From positions 800,001 through 864,000 of the forward strand of contig OY970212.1 of assembly GCA_963713925.1 (NCBI GenBank): 64,000 bases of DNA, in the 5' to 3' direction. This document shows positions 10,690-20,703 of the stretch, in pieces. Made by a program: the position numbers and the translations under genes. Origin of the DNA: an uncultured bacterium (lineage in GTDB: Bacteria; Babelota; Babeliae; Babelales; Vermiphilaceae). The notes under the pieces are model-generated. The model saw only the letters and a list, made by a program, of their open reading frames with translations. It was not told the DNA's origin and ran no database searches. Within the stretch, counting starts at the first letter, position 1, and each line of letters begins with the position of its first letter.

Positions 10690-10803
10690 ACAAATAGTGA
10701 TGTCCGGATTAATCACGGATGAAAGCTGTTAGTTTTTTTGTTCGCAACAGAATGAATCATGTTATAATCTGAATAAAAAAGACATTACAAAGGATACGCA
10801 GGT

Positions 10804-11544
10804 ATGCCTACCCCTCTTATTTCTATTGAAAAAATACGAAAATCGTATGGCAAAACAGAAGTGCTCAAAGGCATTTCATTCACCATTCAAACGCAAGAAA
10901 TTGTCGGTCTACTTGGTGTCAATGGAGCCGGGAAAACCACCCTTTCATCAATTATTGCATCCCTACATCCGGCCGATGATGGCAGTATTCTGTATCGCGG
11001 TCAATCAATCTATGATGATATTACCGCGTATCGCAGACATATCGGCTACTGTCAACAAAAAGCAAATCTCCACCCTCTTTTGACTATCAAAGAAAATTTG
11101 ATGTATGCGGGTAGATTTTACAATCTCGATGATAATTTCATTATGGAACGCATTGCGTTTCTGGCAAAGGAACTTTCTTTAACAAAATATCTCGATTATC
11201 TTCCCGAACAACTTTCGGGTGGCTATAAACAACGTGTCATGATTGCGCGCAGCCTTATCCATGAGCCGTCACTCGTGATATTTGATGAACCAACTTCAGC
11301 GCTCGATCCACATATCAGACGACAATTGTGGGAATTGATAAAACATCTGAAGTCTTTGGGAATTAGCATATTGCTCACAACGCATTATCTTGATGAAGCA
11401 GAATATTTGTCAGACAGAGTGTGTCTTCTTGATAAAGGAGTAATCCGATTGATCGATACACCAGAGAATCTTAAGCAATCATTTGCAAAAGCAAAACTTG
11501 AAGATGTTTTCATTCATCTTACCCAAGAACAAAATCAGGAGTAA
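10804..11544 (+). CDS. ABC transporter ATP-binding protein (ABC-2/DrrA-like)
   Basis: GVNGAGKTT, LSGG, FDEPT, TTHYLDEAE. Confidence 0.95.
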   Translation: MPTPLISIEKIRKSYGKTEVLKGISFTIQTQEIVGLLGVNGAGKTTLSSIIASLHPADDGSILYRGQSIYDDITAYRRHIGYCQQKANLHPLLTIKENLMYAGRFYNLDDNFIMERIAFLAKELSLTKYLDYLPEQLSGGYKQRVMIARSLIHEPSLVIFDEPTSALDPHIRRQLWELIKHLKSLGISILLTTHYLDEAEYLSDRVCLLDKGVIRLIDTPENLKQSFAKAKLEDVFIHLTQEQNQE

Positions 11545-11549
11545 TTTTT

Positions 11550-12338
11550 ATGAATCGATATACACTCTACGCTCTCACCCTATCGCAAATGGTGCGCGCC
11601 GAGCTTTCTTTAGCGATCAAAGGATTGCCAGACAAGCTCATCGATTTGACGATTTACATTGTCGCGACACTTTCAGTTGCCACCTATCTGCTCCCAAGCC
11701 TTGGTATGAGCGATACTTTTGGAGTATTTTCGCTTGCCGGATTGATCGCATCGGCTGGTCTGTTTGAAGCGTGGCCGGGTGCAATTAATCTTATTAATGA
11801 TTTGACAGGAGAAAACATAACGGCATATTATTTAACGCTTCCCATTCCCTCTGCGCTTGTTTTCGTGCGATTGATCATTATATACGCATTTAATGGATTG
11901 ATGCTCAGTTTAGCAAGCATACCACTTGGCATGCTCGTGTTGTGGGGCAATACAGCCGGACTTGCCATAAGCCCTTTACAACTCGGTATTGCCGTAATCG
12001 CAATGAATATCTTTTTCGGATGCTTCACGCTCTGGGTTGCAAGCTTTATGAAAAATATGATGCAAGCAGGAAACGTGTGGATGCGATTTGTGTTTCCACT
12101 CTGGTTCTTTGGCGGATTTCAATTTTCTTGGAATATGCTCTATAACAAGGCTCCACTTTTTGCATACATTGATCTACTCAACCCGGTTATTTATGCCATG
12201 GAGGCAAGCAAAGGCGCACTTCTTGGACAAACGGGCTATATACCATTTGGGTACTGTATTTGCGCATTAATCATAGGCAGCATCGCTATCGGAACTCATG
12301 CTGTCATGCGGTTAAAAAAAAGATTGAATTGTATTTGA
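11550..12338 (+). CDS. ABC-2 type permease
   Basis: Six TM segments, NPVIYAME motif, adjacent to the ATPase. Confidence 0.85.
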   Translation: MNRYTLYALTLSQMVRAELSLAIKGLPDKLIDLTIYIVATLSVATYLLPSLGMSDTFGVFSLAGLIASAGLFEAWPGAINLINDLTGENITAYYLTLPIPSALVFVRLIIIYAFNGLMLSLASIPLGMLVLWGNTAGLAISPLQLGIAVIAMNIFFGCFTLWVASFMKNMMQAGNVWMRFVFPLWFFGGFQFSWNMLYNKAPLFAYIDLLNPVIYAMEASKGALLGQTGYIPFGYCICALIIGSIAIGTHAVMRLKKRLNCI

Positions 12339-12397
12339 ATTTCAAAAGGGCGCCTTTTCAAGCGCCCTTCAATTTTAGTTAGTCTGAGATGCACGAT

Positions 12398-12658
12398 TTA
12401 TCGACGATCAGTATAACATTCTTCATGTCTAACAAACATGCATTTAAACCAAAAGATCAACACCAGCAAACCTGCGACTCCGATAGCGCCATAGACAACC
12501 GCTGCCACTGTTGGTACCCAAGCAACCGGAAACATCTGAATAAACCAATCAATGATATTAAATTGTCTGAAATACCCCAAGCCCAAGCTGATAGCAGCAA
12601 GAGATGTTAATAATTTTGCAACACAAGCCAACAAGCTCTTTTTGCAATGACATGACAT
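12398..12658 (-). CDS. Small membrane protein, DUF378-like
   Basis: AAISLGLGYFRQFNII...VYGAIGVAGL; AGGAG RBS before ATG 12658. Confidence 0.6.
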   Translation of the reverse strand: MSCHCKKSLLACVAKLLTSLAAISLGLGYFRQFNIIDWFIQMFPVAWVPTVAAVVYGAIGVAGLLVLIFWFKCMFVRHEECYTDRR

Positions 12659-12779
12659 ATACAACTCCTTTTGTAAAAAAATAAACATCATTACCAAATT
12701 TAATATCACAAATCACAGTATACTTGCAATCAGTCAATAGAAAATGACACCATTACTCACTCTTTCTTCTACACATAAA

Positions 12780-13142
12780 TCAACGATCGGGCGTTTCGGC
12801 ATCGATATCGCACTCTCGAAACACACGTAATAATTTGTAGGTATCATAGTTAGTCTTGGGAACAAATTTGAGACACAGGATATCAGGCTCACTTTTTAGA
12901 CGGGCAAACGACGCTCGCGATTGAATCTGAGCCTTCTTTACCTCTACGTATACCCTTTTCAATGAATCGCGATTGATTACCGTTCCGACGAGACGTATGG
13001 AGCCATCCTTTCGGCCAATAATTACTCGATATGATTCGTGTGAACGCAATAGCTCAACCACAATTCTCTTTTTCGTAGGATCGGCCGCAAAGCAAGATCG
13101 CGACCAAGCCAAACCGATTATGATTAACAGCTTCACTCCCAT
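12780..13142 (-). CDS. Hypothetical secreted protein
   Basis: Signal-like MGVKLLIIIGLAWSRSCFA. Confidence 0.5.
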   Translation of the reverse strand: MGVKLLIIIGLAWSRSCFAADPTKKRIVVELLRSHESYRVIIGRKDGSIRLVGTVINRDSLKRVYVEVKKAQIQSRASFARLKSEPDILCLKFVPKTNYDTYKLLRVFRECDIDAETPDR

Positions 13143-13242
13143 ATACCTATTACCTTCGCATATGACATAAAATTTGAAAAATTTCACATTTTAAGCACAC
13201 TACATAGTACAAGAACTTAATCAACAAAGGAATAAATTCATT

Positions 13243-14355
13243 ATGAGTATCCAAGCCGGACTTGTCGGACTACCCAACGTTGGCAAATCAACTCTTTTTA
13301 ATGCACTCACCAAATCAAGCGTACCTGCAGAAAACTATCCCTTTTGCACCATTGACCCCCATGTGGCAATCACGGAAGTCCTTGATGAGCGTCTTGAGAA
13401 GTTAGCGAAGATTTATGGGTCAAAAAAAATAATTCCGGCCACCGTCCAATTTGTCGACATTGCAGGCCTTGTTAAGGGTGCTGCCACCGGTGCCGGGCTT
13501 GGAAACCAGTTTTTAGGCCATATTCGTGATGTACACCTTATTTTGCATGTGCTCCGTTGCTTTGAAAATCCTGACATTATTCGTGAAGCAGCTGCCGTTG
13601 ATCCGGTCGGCGACTACGAAATCATTGTTTCTGAATTGATGCTTAAAGATTTAGAATCAGTCACTAAGCGCATTGAGAGAGTTGAGAAAGCCATCAAAGC
13701 TGCCGCACAAAAGCCAACAGAGAAAAAAGAACTCGAGGCTGAGCTGCATCTTCTGCAAATGCTCATGAAACCTCTCGACGCAGGAGATAATGCTCAAGTG
13801 AGATCGATCGTTGAAAAGAGCGCCGTGCAAACAGTTCCCCTTCTGTCTGCAAAAAATTTTCTCATTATCGCAAATGTTGCTGAACATGAACTTGAGGGAA
13901 ATGCATTTGAACAAAACCCTCATGTACAGGCGCTTATCAAAAAATTTGGTGCCGAGCGCGTCATACCCGTGTGCGCAAAGGTTGAATATGAACTTGCGCA
14001 GTTGAGCGATACTGAGGCTGCTGAATTTATGGAAATGATCGGCATTAAACAGCGTAGTCTTGATCGCATCATCCAAGAAAGTTACAAATATTTAAAAATG
14101 ATCACCTTTTTTACCTGCGGGCCACAAGAAGCTCATGCATGGCCGATTTCAAAAGGTATCACTATTCGCAAAGCTGCCGGAGAAATTCACTCCGATTTGG
14201 AAAAAGGATTCATTTGCGCCGACATTTTTAATGCCGCCGATTTGATTTCCGCCGGCTCTGAATCGAAATTGAAAGAATTAGGGAAAATTCGTATTGAAGG
14301 CCAAGACTATATCGTCAGAGATGGCGATGTGGTGCATGTTAAGTTCAATGTGTAA
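13243..14355 (+). CDS. ychF: Ribosome-binding ATPase YchF
   Basis: GLPNVGKSTLFN, NYPFCTIDP, DIAGLVKGA, TGS-type C-terminus. Confidence 0.97.
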   Translation: MSIQAGLVGLPNVGKSTLFNALTKSSVPAENYPFCTIDPHVAITEVLDERLEKLAKIYGSKKIIPATVQFVDIAGLVKGAATGAGLGNQFLGHIRDVHLILHVLRCFENPDIIREAAAVDPVGDYEIIVSELMLKDLESVTKRIERVEKAIKAAAQKPTEKKELEAELHLLQMLMKPLDAGDNAQVRSIVEKSAVQTVPLLSAKNFLIIANVAEHELEGNAFEQNPHVQALIKKFGAERVIPVCAKVEYELAQLSDTEAAEFMEMIGIKQRSLDRIIQESYKYLKMITFFTCGPQEAHAWPISKGITIRKAAGEIHSDLEKGFICADIFNAADLISAGSESKLKELGKIRIEGQDYIVRDGDVVHVKFNV

Positions 14356-14621
14356 CGATGGTCAATCTAAAAATCACTCAAAAAATGCTTGCCGGTGTCG
14401 TGAGTTGTATTCTTGCTTCAAGCGCCAAAATTGAATTTGAGACGGCAAAAAAATTGTTGCAGAAAACAAGCCTACCTTCACAATCTCGAGTAGCTCGCAT
14501 ACTACACGAGATTAAAAGCGAACACACCAAAAATAACCCATAATTTTTTTCATTTTTTTATATCAGTTGCAAAAAGAGACGTCGTCTTATTAGGCTAAAG
14601 CTCGATAAGAAGGCGTCTTGT

Positions 14622-15725
14622 ATGAAATTATATGTTCTTTTTTTTATTTTAGTCGGAATCTTTGCAGCATGCCATTCTGCTCAAGAATTTAGTGACACAA
14701 TCATTCGTGACAAAATCACACAAACATTTGTCATCGGTGTATATTGCGATCCAATTGCAACAGCACACTATTTCGGAGACACTTTATTTCAAGACTTTTG
14801 CGAACAGATTTTTACTATTGAACAGGCAATCGAGATCGTCAAACAATACAACATCGGTGGCATTATTTTTCTGGGCAAATCAACCTATGCGGCACAAAAA
14901 GAAGCGATGAATCGCTTAAATCAAGCATCGCAAAATCCACTGCTGTACATGCAAGATTTTGAATGTGGCCTTGGCATGAGATTAATCGATAGAGAAAAAA
15001 TTCCATTTGCTTGCGCCCTTGAAAAAGAAACTGTTGAAATGGTCGAATCATATGCGAAAACTATCGCTCGAGAGATGCAACAATTGGGTGTTCACATCAA
15101 TCTTGCTCCCGTCTGTGACGTACGATATGAGAATAGTAACATTACTCACCTGCGCTCCTTTTCATCAGACCCATATATTGTTTCAGCGCTTGCGCTCGCT
15201 TTTAGCAATGGATTACAAAAAAATAATATTGCTGCGTGCGCAAAACATTTTCCCGGCCACGGGCCAACGACCGATGACTCACACTATGGATTGCCCATTA
15301 TTAAGAAATCAATTGCTCAATTAGAAGAGCACGATCTTGTACCCTTTAAGAAAGTTATTGAAAATAGTATTCCATTGATTATGACGGGACACTTGCTTAT
15401 TCCGGCCGGCGATGAAACATATCCGGTATCGCTTTCGCGATTTTGGATTCATGAGTATTTGCGAGGAAAATTGGGATATCAAGGAATTATTATAACTGAC
15501 GCGCTCAATATGAAGGCGCTCGATAGATGGGAACTTGGGGAAAAAGAACTGCTTGCCCTTCAAGCCGGCAATGATTTGTTACTATGTCCCGGAAAAGATT
15601 TACAGCCTGTTGTGGAATATATTCTACAACAGGCTGTAAACAATTATTTTTCAGTGGATGAACTTGATCAAAAAATAGAACGCATACAAAAACTAAAGAA
15701 TATGCTTGTATACTCTGACTTCTAA
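14622..15725 (+). CDS. nagZ: GH3 beta-N-acetylhexosaminidase (NagZ-like), exported
   Basis: KHFPGHG, DSH, IMTGH, ITDALNM motifs; signal peptide. Confidence 0.85.
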   Translation: MKLYVLFFILVGIFAACHSAQEFSDTIIRDKITQTFVIGVYCDPIATAHYFGDTLFQDFCEQIFTIEQAIEIVKQYNIGGIIFLGKSTYAAQKEAMNRLNQASQNPLLYMQDFECGLGMRLIDREKIPFACALEKETVEMVESYAKTIAREMQQLGVHINLAPVCDVRYENSNITHLRSFSSDPYIVSALALAFSNGLQKNNIAACAKHFPGHGPTTDDSHYGLPIIKKSIAQLEEHDLVPFKKVIENSIPLIMTGHLLIPAGDETYPVSLSRFWIHEYLRGKLGYQGIIITDALNMKALDRWELGEKELLALQAGNDLLLCPGKDLQPVVEYILQQAVNNYFSVDELDQKIERIQKLKNMLVYSDF

Positions 15726-15734
15726 CCGAATATC

Positions 15735-16214
15735 TTATTCTGGAAACAATTTTTTTCTATTTCCACTATCAGGTGAGCGTCTGTCTATAAATCGCTTTCG
15801 TGCTCTGGCATTTTCGGCACCATATAGTTCATTTCTCGCTGCTTCCAATCTTCGAATTTCGGCAGCAATAGATGCTTTCATTGAAGTATCAAAATTCGCA
15901 AGATTATGATTCATTTCAAAATATTTCAATGAAGAAAGCGCTTTATTGAGTTCGTCCATAGTAGTTGCACTTCGAGAACGAGCAAACTCTTTTTCAAGCC
16001 CCTGTGCAATTTGAGTTTCTGGATTTATAGCAATTTGGGCATTAGGATGCTCATATAAAAAAGCTTCATTAAAAGAAATAACCGGAGAACCATTTGGTGA
16101 ATAACCAAACAAGGATGGCGGAGTTATAGGAGCATTCGCATAACGATCTGCTCCAAACAGAGCTGAGAAATTACCCACTCCAAAAATGACTAACAATAAT
16201 ACTTTCTTAAACAT
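15735..16214 (-). CDS. Hypothetical secreted protein
   Basis: GGAGG RBS; MFKKVLLLVIFGVGNFSALFG signal. Confidence 0.65.
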   Translation of the reverse strand: MFKKVLLLVIFGVGNFSALFGADRYANAPITPPSLFGYSPNGSPVISFNEAFLYEHPNAQIAINPETQIAQGLEKEFARSRSATTMDELNKALSSLKYFEMNHNLANFDTSMKASIAAEIRRLEAARNELYGAENARARKRFIDRRSPDSGNRKKLFPE

Positions 16215-16445
16215 AGATACCTCCATGAAATATATTCTTTAAAGGGGGCTTATACCTAAGCCCAATCTCTTACTTAACTAGTATACACTAATTGAATAAA
16301 TATTTAAATATTTGGTAACTCTATTTGTCATGCTTATCTGGCCAAACCTGGCAAAAGTTGCCCCCTAAAGATCCGAAGGTGATTTAGTTTATCAGGTATG
16401 CTATAGTGGTAAAAATGATAAAAATTAAGGTATTTATCGATAAAA

Positions 16446-16925
16446 ATGAATATGAAAAGAAAAAAAGGCTTTTATTCTATATCTGCAGTTGCAGAGATGT
16501 TTTCTGTCCACCAGCAAACGATACGACTCTATGAAAAAGAGGGTTTAATCACCCCTAAACGATCTGAGGGCAATACCCGTCTCTTTTCAGAAGAAGATAT
16601 CGATCGACTTGAAGAGGTAATCTATCTGACTCATCAGCTGGGTATTAACTTGGCAGGTGTTGAAATGATTCTCAAGCTCAAGAAACAGATCAAAAAGATG
16701 CAAAAGGATATGAATAAAGTCTTTGATTCTACCCAAAAAGAGCTCGAAAAAGAATCTGAAGAGACTCAAAAGAGGGTCAAGGCGAGCGCTCAAAAGCTTT
16801 TTGATATTAAAAAGGAATCCACTCCCACACGCGCGCAGTCTCATCGGCTTATCGACATGAAAATCACCCAACCAGACGCCGAAGAAGAATCTGATAATCT
16901 GTGGGAAATTGAGTACGACGAATAG
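16446..16925 (+). CDS. hspR: MerR-family heat-shock repressor HspR
   Basis: YSISAVAE..VHQQTIRLYEKEGLITPKRSEGNTRLFS...GINLAGV pattern typical of HspR. Confidence 0.85.
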   Translation: MNMKRKKGFYSISAVAEMFSVHQQTIRLYEKEGLITPKRSEGNTRLFSEEDIDRLEEVIYLTHQLGINLAGVEMILKLKKQIKKMQKDMNKVFDSTQKELEKESEETQKRVKASAQKLFDIKKESTPTRAQSHRLIDMKITQPDAEEESDNLWEIEYDE

Positions 16926-17039
16926 TTTTCGCTTTTTGGTCCTCAAAGAAATCATATTCTTGTCTTTGGATCATTTGTTTATTGTATGCTTTACGCGATG
17001 AAGATTTGTGTCAACCTCGCATACAGGGAGGAAAATCTT

Positions 17040-17912
17040 ATGATTGGTAATAGAATTAAAACCTTTTTGCTTCTGACGGGATTAAGCTTCCTCCTCATGG
17101 GCCTCGGGGCCCTGATTGGCGGATCAACCGGTATACTTCTTGCCTTTATTCTATCGCTCATTATGAACGGAGTTATGTATTTTTACTCTGAGAAAATAGT
17201 GTTATCAATGTATAAGGCTCAACCGCTTGATGAACGAACTCATGGAAATATTTATGCCATTGTTAGAGAGCTTTCAAGCAGCATGAACATACCCATGCCG
17301 AAGCTTTGGATCGTCAACGACCCAATAGCAAACGCCTTTGCAACCGGTAGAAATCCACAAAATGCCTCTGTCGTTGTTTTTTCCGGAATTCTGAATCTTC
17401 TTGATGACCGTGAATTGCGCGGTGTTTTAGCCCATGAGCTTTCCCACGTTCAAAATAGAGATGTATTGGTCGCAACTATTGCGGCTACCATGGCAACAGC
17501 CATCGGATATGTCGGCGATATGATGCAACGTTCAGCAATCTGGGGATCGATGTCCGGAAATCAAGATGAAAGACGATCGAATCCCATCGTTTTACTTGCT
17601 CTGGGCATTATTATGCCCTTTGCTGCCATGCTGATGCAACTGGCAGTTTCGCGATCGCGTGAATATGGTGCCGATGAGACTGGTGCCCATGCCTGCCATG
17701 ACCCTATGGCATTGGCTTCCGCTTTGGAAAAGCTGCAAACGAAAGCCGAACAGCGTCACGTTGATCCCCGCGCAGCAACCCATTTGGCGACAGCTTCCTT
17801 ATTTATTGTTAACCCATTCAGCGGCAAGGCCATAAGCAACCTCTTTTCAACCCACCCTCCGCTTGAAGAACGCATTAAGCGGCTTAGACAAATGCACGAA
17901 AAAATGTTTTAA
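17040..17912 (+). CDS. htpX: Zinc metalloprotease HtpX (M48)
   Basis: NAFATGRNP, HELSH, SRSREYGAD, FSTHP; GGAGG RBS. Confidence 0.95.
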   Translation: MIGNRIKTFLLLTGLSFLLMGLGALIGGSTGILLAFILSLIMNGVMYFYSEKIVLSMYKAQPLDERTHGNIYAIVRELSSSMNIPMPKLWIVNDPIANAFATGRNPQNASVVVFSGILNLLDDRELRGVLAHELSHVQNRDVLVATIAATMATAIGYVGDMMQRSAIWGSMSGNQDERRSNPIVLLALGIIMPFAAMLMQLAVSRSREYGADETGAHACHDPMALASALEKLQTKAEQRHVDPRAATHLATASLFIVNPFSGKAISNLFSTHPPLEERIKRLRQMHEKMF

Positions 17913-17937
17913 TTGGTATTCGGACCCCAGCAGGCTT

Positions 17938-17968
17938 GTCACGCCGTAGCCAATGAGGCGAAGGTGGA
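17938..17968. repeat. REP-like palindrome (GCCGTAGC-loop-GCGAAG family)
   Basis: Related units at about 5963-6012 and 49810-49832. Confidence 0.55.
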
Positions 17969-18041
17969 AACACTGCGGAGCATGGGTTAAATTCAGGCCC
18001 CATACAAGCTGTAGCGCTGTATGGGTTAATTAGGGGATTCC

Positions 18042-18491
18042 ATGGAAAACGATTCACACAACAATCAATTTATTGTTTCTTATGAGCTTCTAGCCCTGTT
18101 GCGCTGGCTCATAGATCACGATATTGATAAGTTGAGAAAAATTATAGCAAAAGCATTTGCTGCCGGACTCAAAGATGAAATCCATCGTCTGCAAACAAAC
18201 CCAGAGATGTCTCTCGAAGAGATTCATTACACCATTATAGAGTTTCTAGGTGTTATCGATTTACTGCTCATCGAACAGGATCAAGAAAATATGGTGCAAA
18301 GAGCTCGAGAGCAAAAACTGCTTCCCGCGATTGATCATATTGATTCAACGGTGTGCGACACTGAAATAGTGCGGGACAGTCTTGAAAAAGCGACTTCACC
18401 CGGGATTAAAACAAAAGAAAATGCCAAGACGGTTTTGTATAAAGAATTGCTTAAGCGATGGAAGCCGGGCAAAAAAATGGAAGTCAACTGA
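18042..18491 (+). CDS. Hypothetical protein
   Basis: GGGGA RBS, 149-aa ORF followed by a terminator. Confidence 0.75.
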   Translation: MENDSHNNQFIVSYELLALLRWLIDHDIDKLRKIIAKAFAAGLKDEIHRLQTNPEMSLEEIHYTIIEFLGVIDLLLIEQDQENMVQRAREQKLLPAIDHIDSTVCDTEIVRDSLEKATSPGIKTKENAKTVLYKELLKRWKPGKKMEVN

Positions 18492-18503
18492 CAAAAAACA
18501 ATT

Positions 18504-18546
18504 GTTAAAAAAGGCAATGCATATATAATGCATTGCCTTTTTTAAC
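18504..18546 (+). terminator. Intrinsic terminator
   Basis: GTTAAAAAAGGCAATGCAT...ATGCATTGCCTTTTTTAAC. Confidence 0.85.
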
Positions 18547-18615
18547 TGATAGACTACGCTTTTAAGCATATGAACCCTTAAAGAATTTTAAAAGATTTTA
18601 TTTGAAGGATCTTAT

Positions 18616-19065
18616 ATGAGTAAAACACTACTAAGTGTAGTTTTTCTTCTTTGTAACCTATCTCTTGATGCACGAGACATAAAATCTGAATTTTATGAAA
18701 CATTACATGATGAAGCCGCTCGAAATATAACTTTGCGTTTTTTCAACAGCTTCTTAGTTGGAGCCGGTCAAGGTACGGTAAACGGATATTTAACAAAACC
18801 GAATGAGAATGCCTTTACTCTTTATGCAACAACACTTGTCAGTGCTCAGGTTGTTAACGGAGTAATTCATAAACAAATTACTCCAAAACCAATTGATTTA
18901 TGGGGCATGGGATGTGGAGAATCCATTGCGCATGTTGCAACAGCTTGGGCAACAGGAAAACCGATCAATGCCTTTACTTTCTTAAATAGTAACATGCTTA
19001 TTGCCGCGGCAGGAACCGGTCTTTGGTTATTTCAAAAGAATATCAAACATCAGAAACAATCTTAA
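18616..19065 (+). CDS. Secreted Gly-rich hydrophobic protein, paralogue 1 of 3
   Basis: Signal peptide; motifs shared with the next two ORFs. Confidence 0.75.
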   Translation: MSKTLLSVVFLLCNLSLDARDIKSEFYETLHDEAARNITLRFFNSFLVGAGQGTVNGYLTKPNENAFTLYATTLVSAQVVNGVIHKQITPKPIDLWGMGCGESIAHVATAWATGKPINAFTFLNSNMLIAAAGTGLWLFQKNIKHQKQS

Positions 19066-19103
19066 TATTCACTTACTTGTAAAGAAATAAGGATTAAGGA
19101 TTG

Positions 19104-19568
19104 ATGATGAACAAATTTCTCGTTGGATTCTTGCTGTGCGCAAGCACAACTGTAGCAAAAGATAAAACGCTCGAATATCTTCGCACGTTCGGCCGGAGTT
19201 CTTTGACTGGGCTTGCTCAAGGATTAGCAGTCGGACACTATAAGCGAGATTTTGTTTTATTTAAGAACGAAGAGAAAATTCGCTCTTGTATGTGGCTCGC
19301 AGGGATAACTGGAGAGGTCGCACTTCACTGGAAAATAAACAAAGAATACTCTTCAGAAAAATTCGCTGTAGGATTTTTAGGACTCGGAGTCGGGCAAATA
19401 GCGGGAGAAGTAGTCGCTGCTCTACAAAATCCTGATCACAACGGTCTAAAACACTCCGATGTGCTCAATGCGCATTTGGTAATGGCAGCCTTCTGTGGTG
19501 CATGGTATGTTATAGAGAAATCATATCGTCGAAAACCTGAAACCGCACAATCGAAAACACAAAAATAG
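19104..19568 (+). CDS. Secreted Gly-rich hydrophobic protein, paralogue 2 of 3
   Basis: Signal peptide; GLAQG, GLGVGQ, LNAHL..AA. Confidence 0.75.
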   Translation: MMNKFLVGFLLCASTTVAKDKTLEYLRTFGRSSLTGLAQGLAVGHYKRDFVLFKNEEKIRSCMWLAGITGEVALHWKINKEYSSEKFAVGFLGLGVGQIAGEVVAALQNPDHNGLKHSDVLNAHLVMAAFCGAWYVIEKSYRRKPETAQSKTQK

Positions 19569-19605
19569 AATCTACATCTTACATCTAACATAAAGGGTTT
19601 CTCAC

Positions 19606-20052
19606 ATGAAACACATCCTCATCTTGTCTTCAGTCATGGCATGCTCCCTTTCGGCTACTTCAGATTGGTTTCGATCTGAACAGAAAACAAACCTTCACGA
19701 CGTTTTCCGCCTCGGAAAAGCCTGTTTCATCGGTGCTTGTATGGGAGCTATCAACGGTGAACTTGGAAAGAAAATGGCGGTAGGAGAAGATGTATTACAC
19801 GCAATGACGTTTGGCGGAGGGCATGCTTTCAATTACAGATTAAATGGTGATAAAATTCCAACAATGTCGGAGCTTTGGGTCTATGGAATTGGACAAACCG
19901 TTGCGCAACACGCGGCATCAACCCCAGCACATATATTCAGTTCAAATCTTGCAGATTACAAAATCAAATTGAATCTAACGCTTGGTTATGCAGCATTTGA
20001 AACATTTTATCGCGTTGTATTCGGAAAATATTGCTTCTGGACGGGTAAATAA
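19606..20052 (+). CDS. Secreted Gly-rich hydrophobic protein, paralogue 3 of 3
   Basis: Signal peptide; GACMG, YGIGQ, LNLTL..AA. Confidence 0.75.
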   Translation: MKHILILSSVMACSLSATSDWFRSEQKTNLHDVFRLGKACFIGACMGAINGELGKKMAVGEDVLHAMTFGGGHAFNYRLNGDKIPTMSELWVYGIGQTVAQHAASTPAHIFSSNLADYKIKLNLTLGYAAFETFYRVVFGKYCFWTGK

Positions 20053-20097
20053 TATATCCATGATTTTTGAGCCTCACTTTTGTGAGGCTCTTTCTTT

Positions 20098-20703
20098 TTA
20101 ATAAAATCCAATCTCTTCCATTGCCTGCCGCAATTCAAACATGGGCAAACCCAGCACTGTTGAATATGAGCCATGCACATATTGCAAAAATTGTGTGCCG
20201 TATAATTCGACGGCAACTGCGCCTGAGCTAATCATGCCAAGAGAATGCTCAAGATACCGCTCAATCCACTCGTCAGGAATATCGAAGCGATAGGTCGCAC
20301 TCACCACTTGCTCGATGCGCTGATCGACAATCCAGGAAGCGCCAACTCGCTTTTTTCTATCCAAGCAAAAAGCCGTGGCGAGCCGATGCTCGATGCCCCG
20401 ATTTCTAACAATTTTTTTAATAGCATCAATTTTATCGATCGGCTTTCCATTGAGGTTGCCATCTGCATCGACGGAAAGCGTGTCAGCTGTGAGAACAAAA
20501 ATCAGATCGTTTTCTTTACGTTGCGGTAGAATAACGTGTTCCATTTTATAGCGTGCAATCGAGGCAACCGCTTGCTCAAGCGGCAGTGTCCAATCACACA
20601 CCGCCTCATCGGCGTCTTGAGAGGCTATCTCAAATGGAATGAGCGCTTGCTCGAGTAATGTTTTTCGCGAGACTGATTTTGAACCGAGATACAGAGTATT
20701 CAT
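20098..20703 (-). CDS. maf: Maf family nucleoside triphosphate pyrophosphatase
   Basis: LYLGSKSVSRKTLL, TADT, GKP, GSYSTVLGLP. Confidence 0.9.
   Translation of the reverse strand: MNTLYLGSKSVSRKTLLEQALIPFEIASQDADEAVCDWTLPLEQAVASIARYKMEHVILPQRKENDLIFVLTADTLSVDADGNLNGKPIDKIDAIKKIVRNRGIEHRLATAFCLDRKKRVGASWIVDQRIEQVVSATYRFDIPDEWIERYLEHSLGMISSGAVAVELYGTQFLQYVHGSYSTVLGLPMFELRQAMEEIGFY

Noticed and set aside
17920..18030. Riboswitch or SRP RNA after htpX
   Set aside because: No conserved motif recognised; explained by a REP-like unit plus a hairpin
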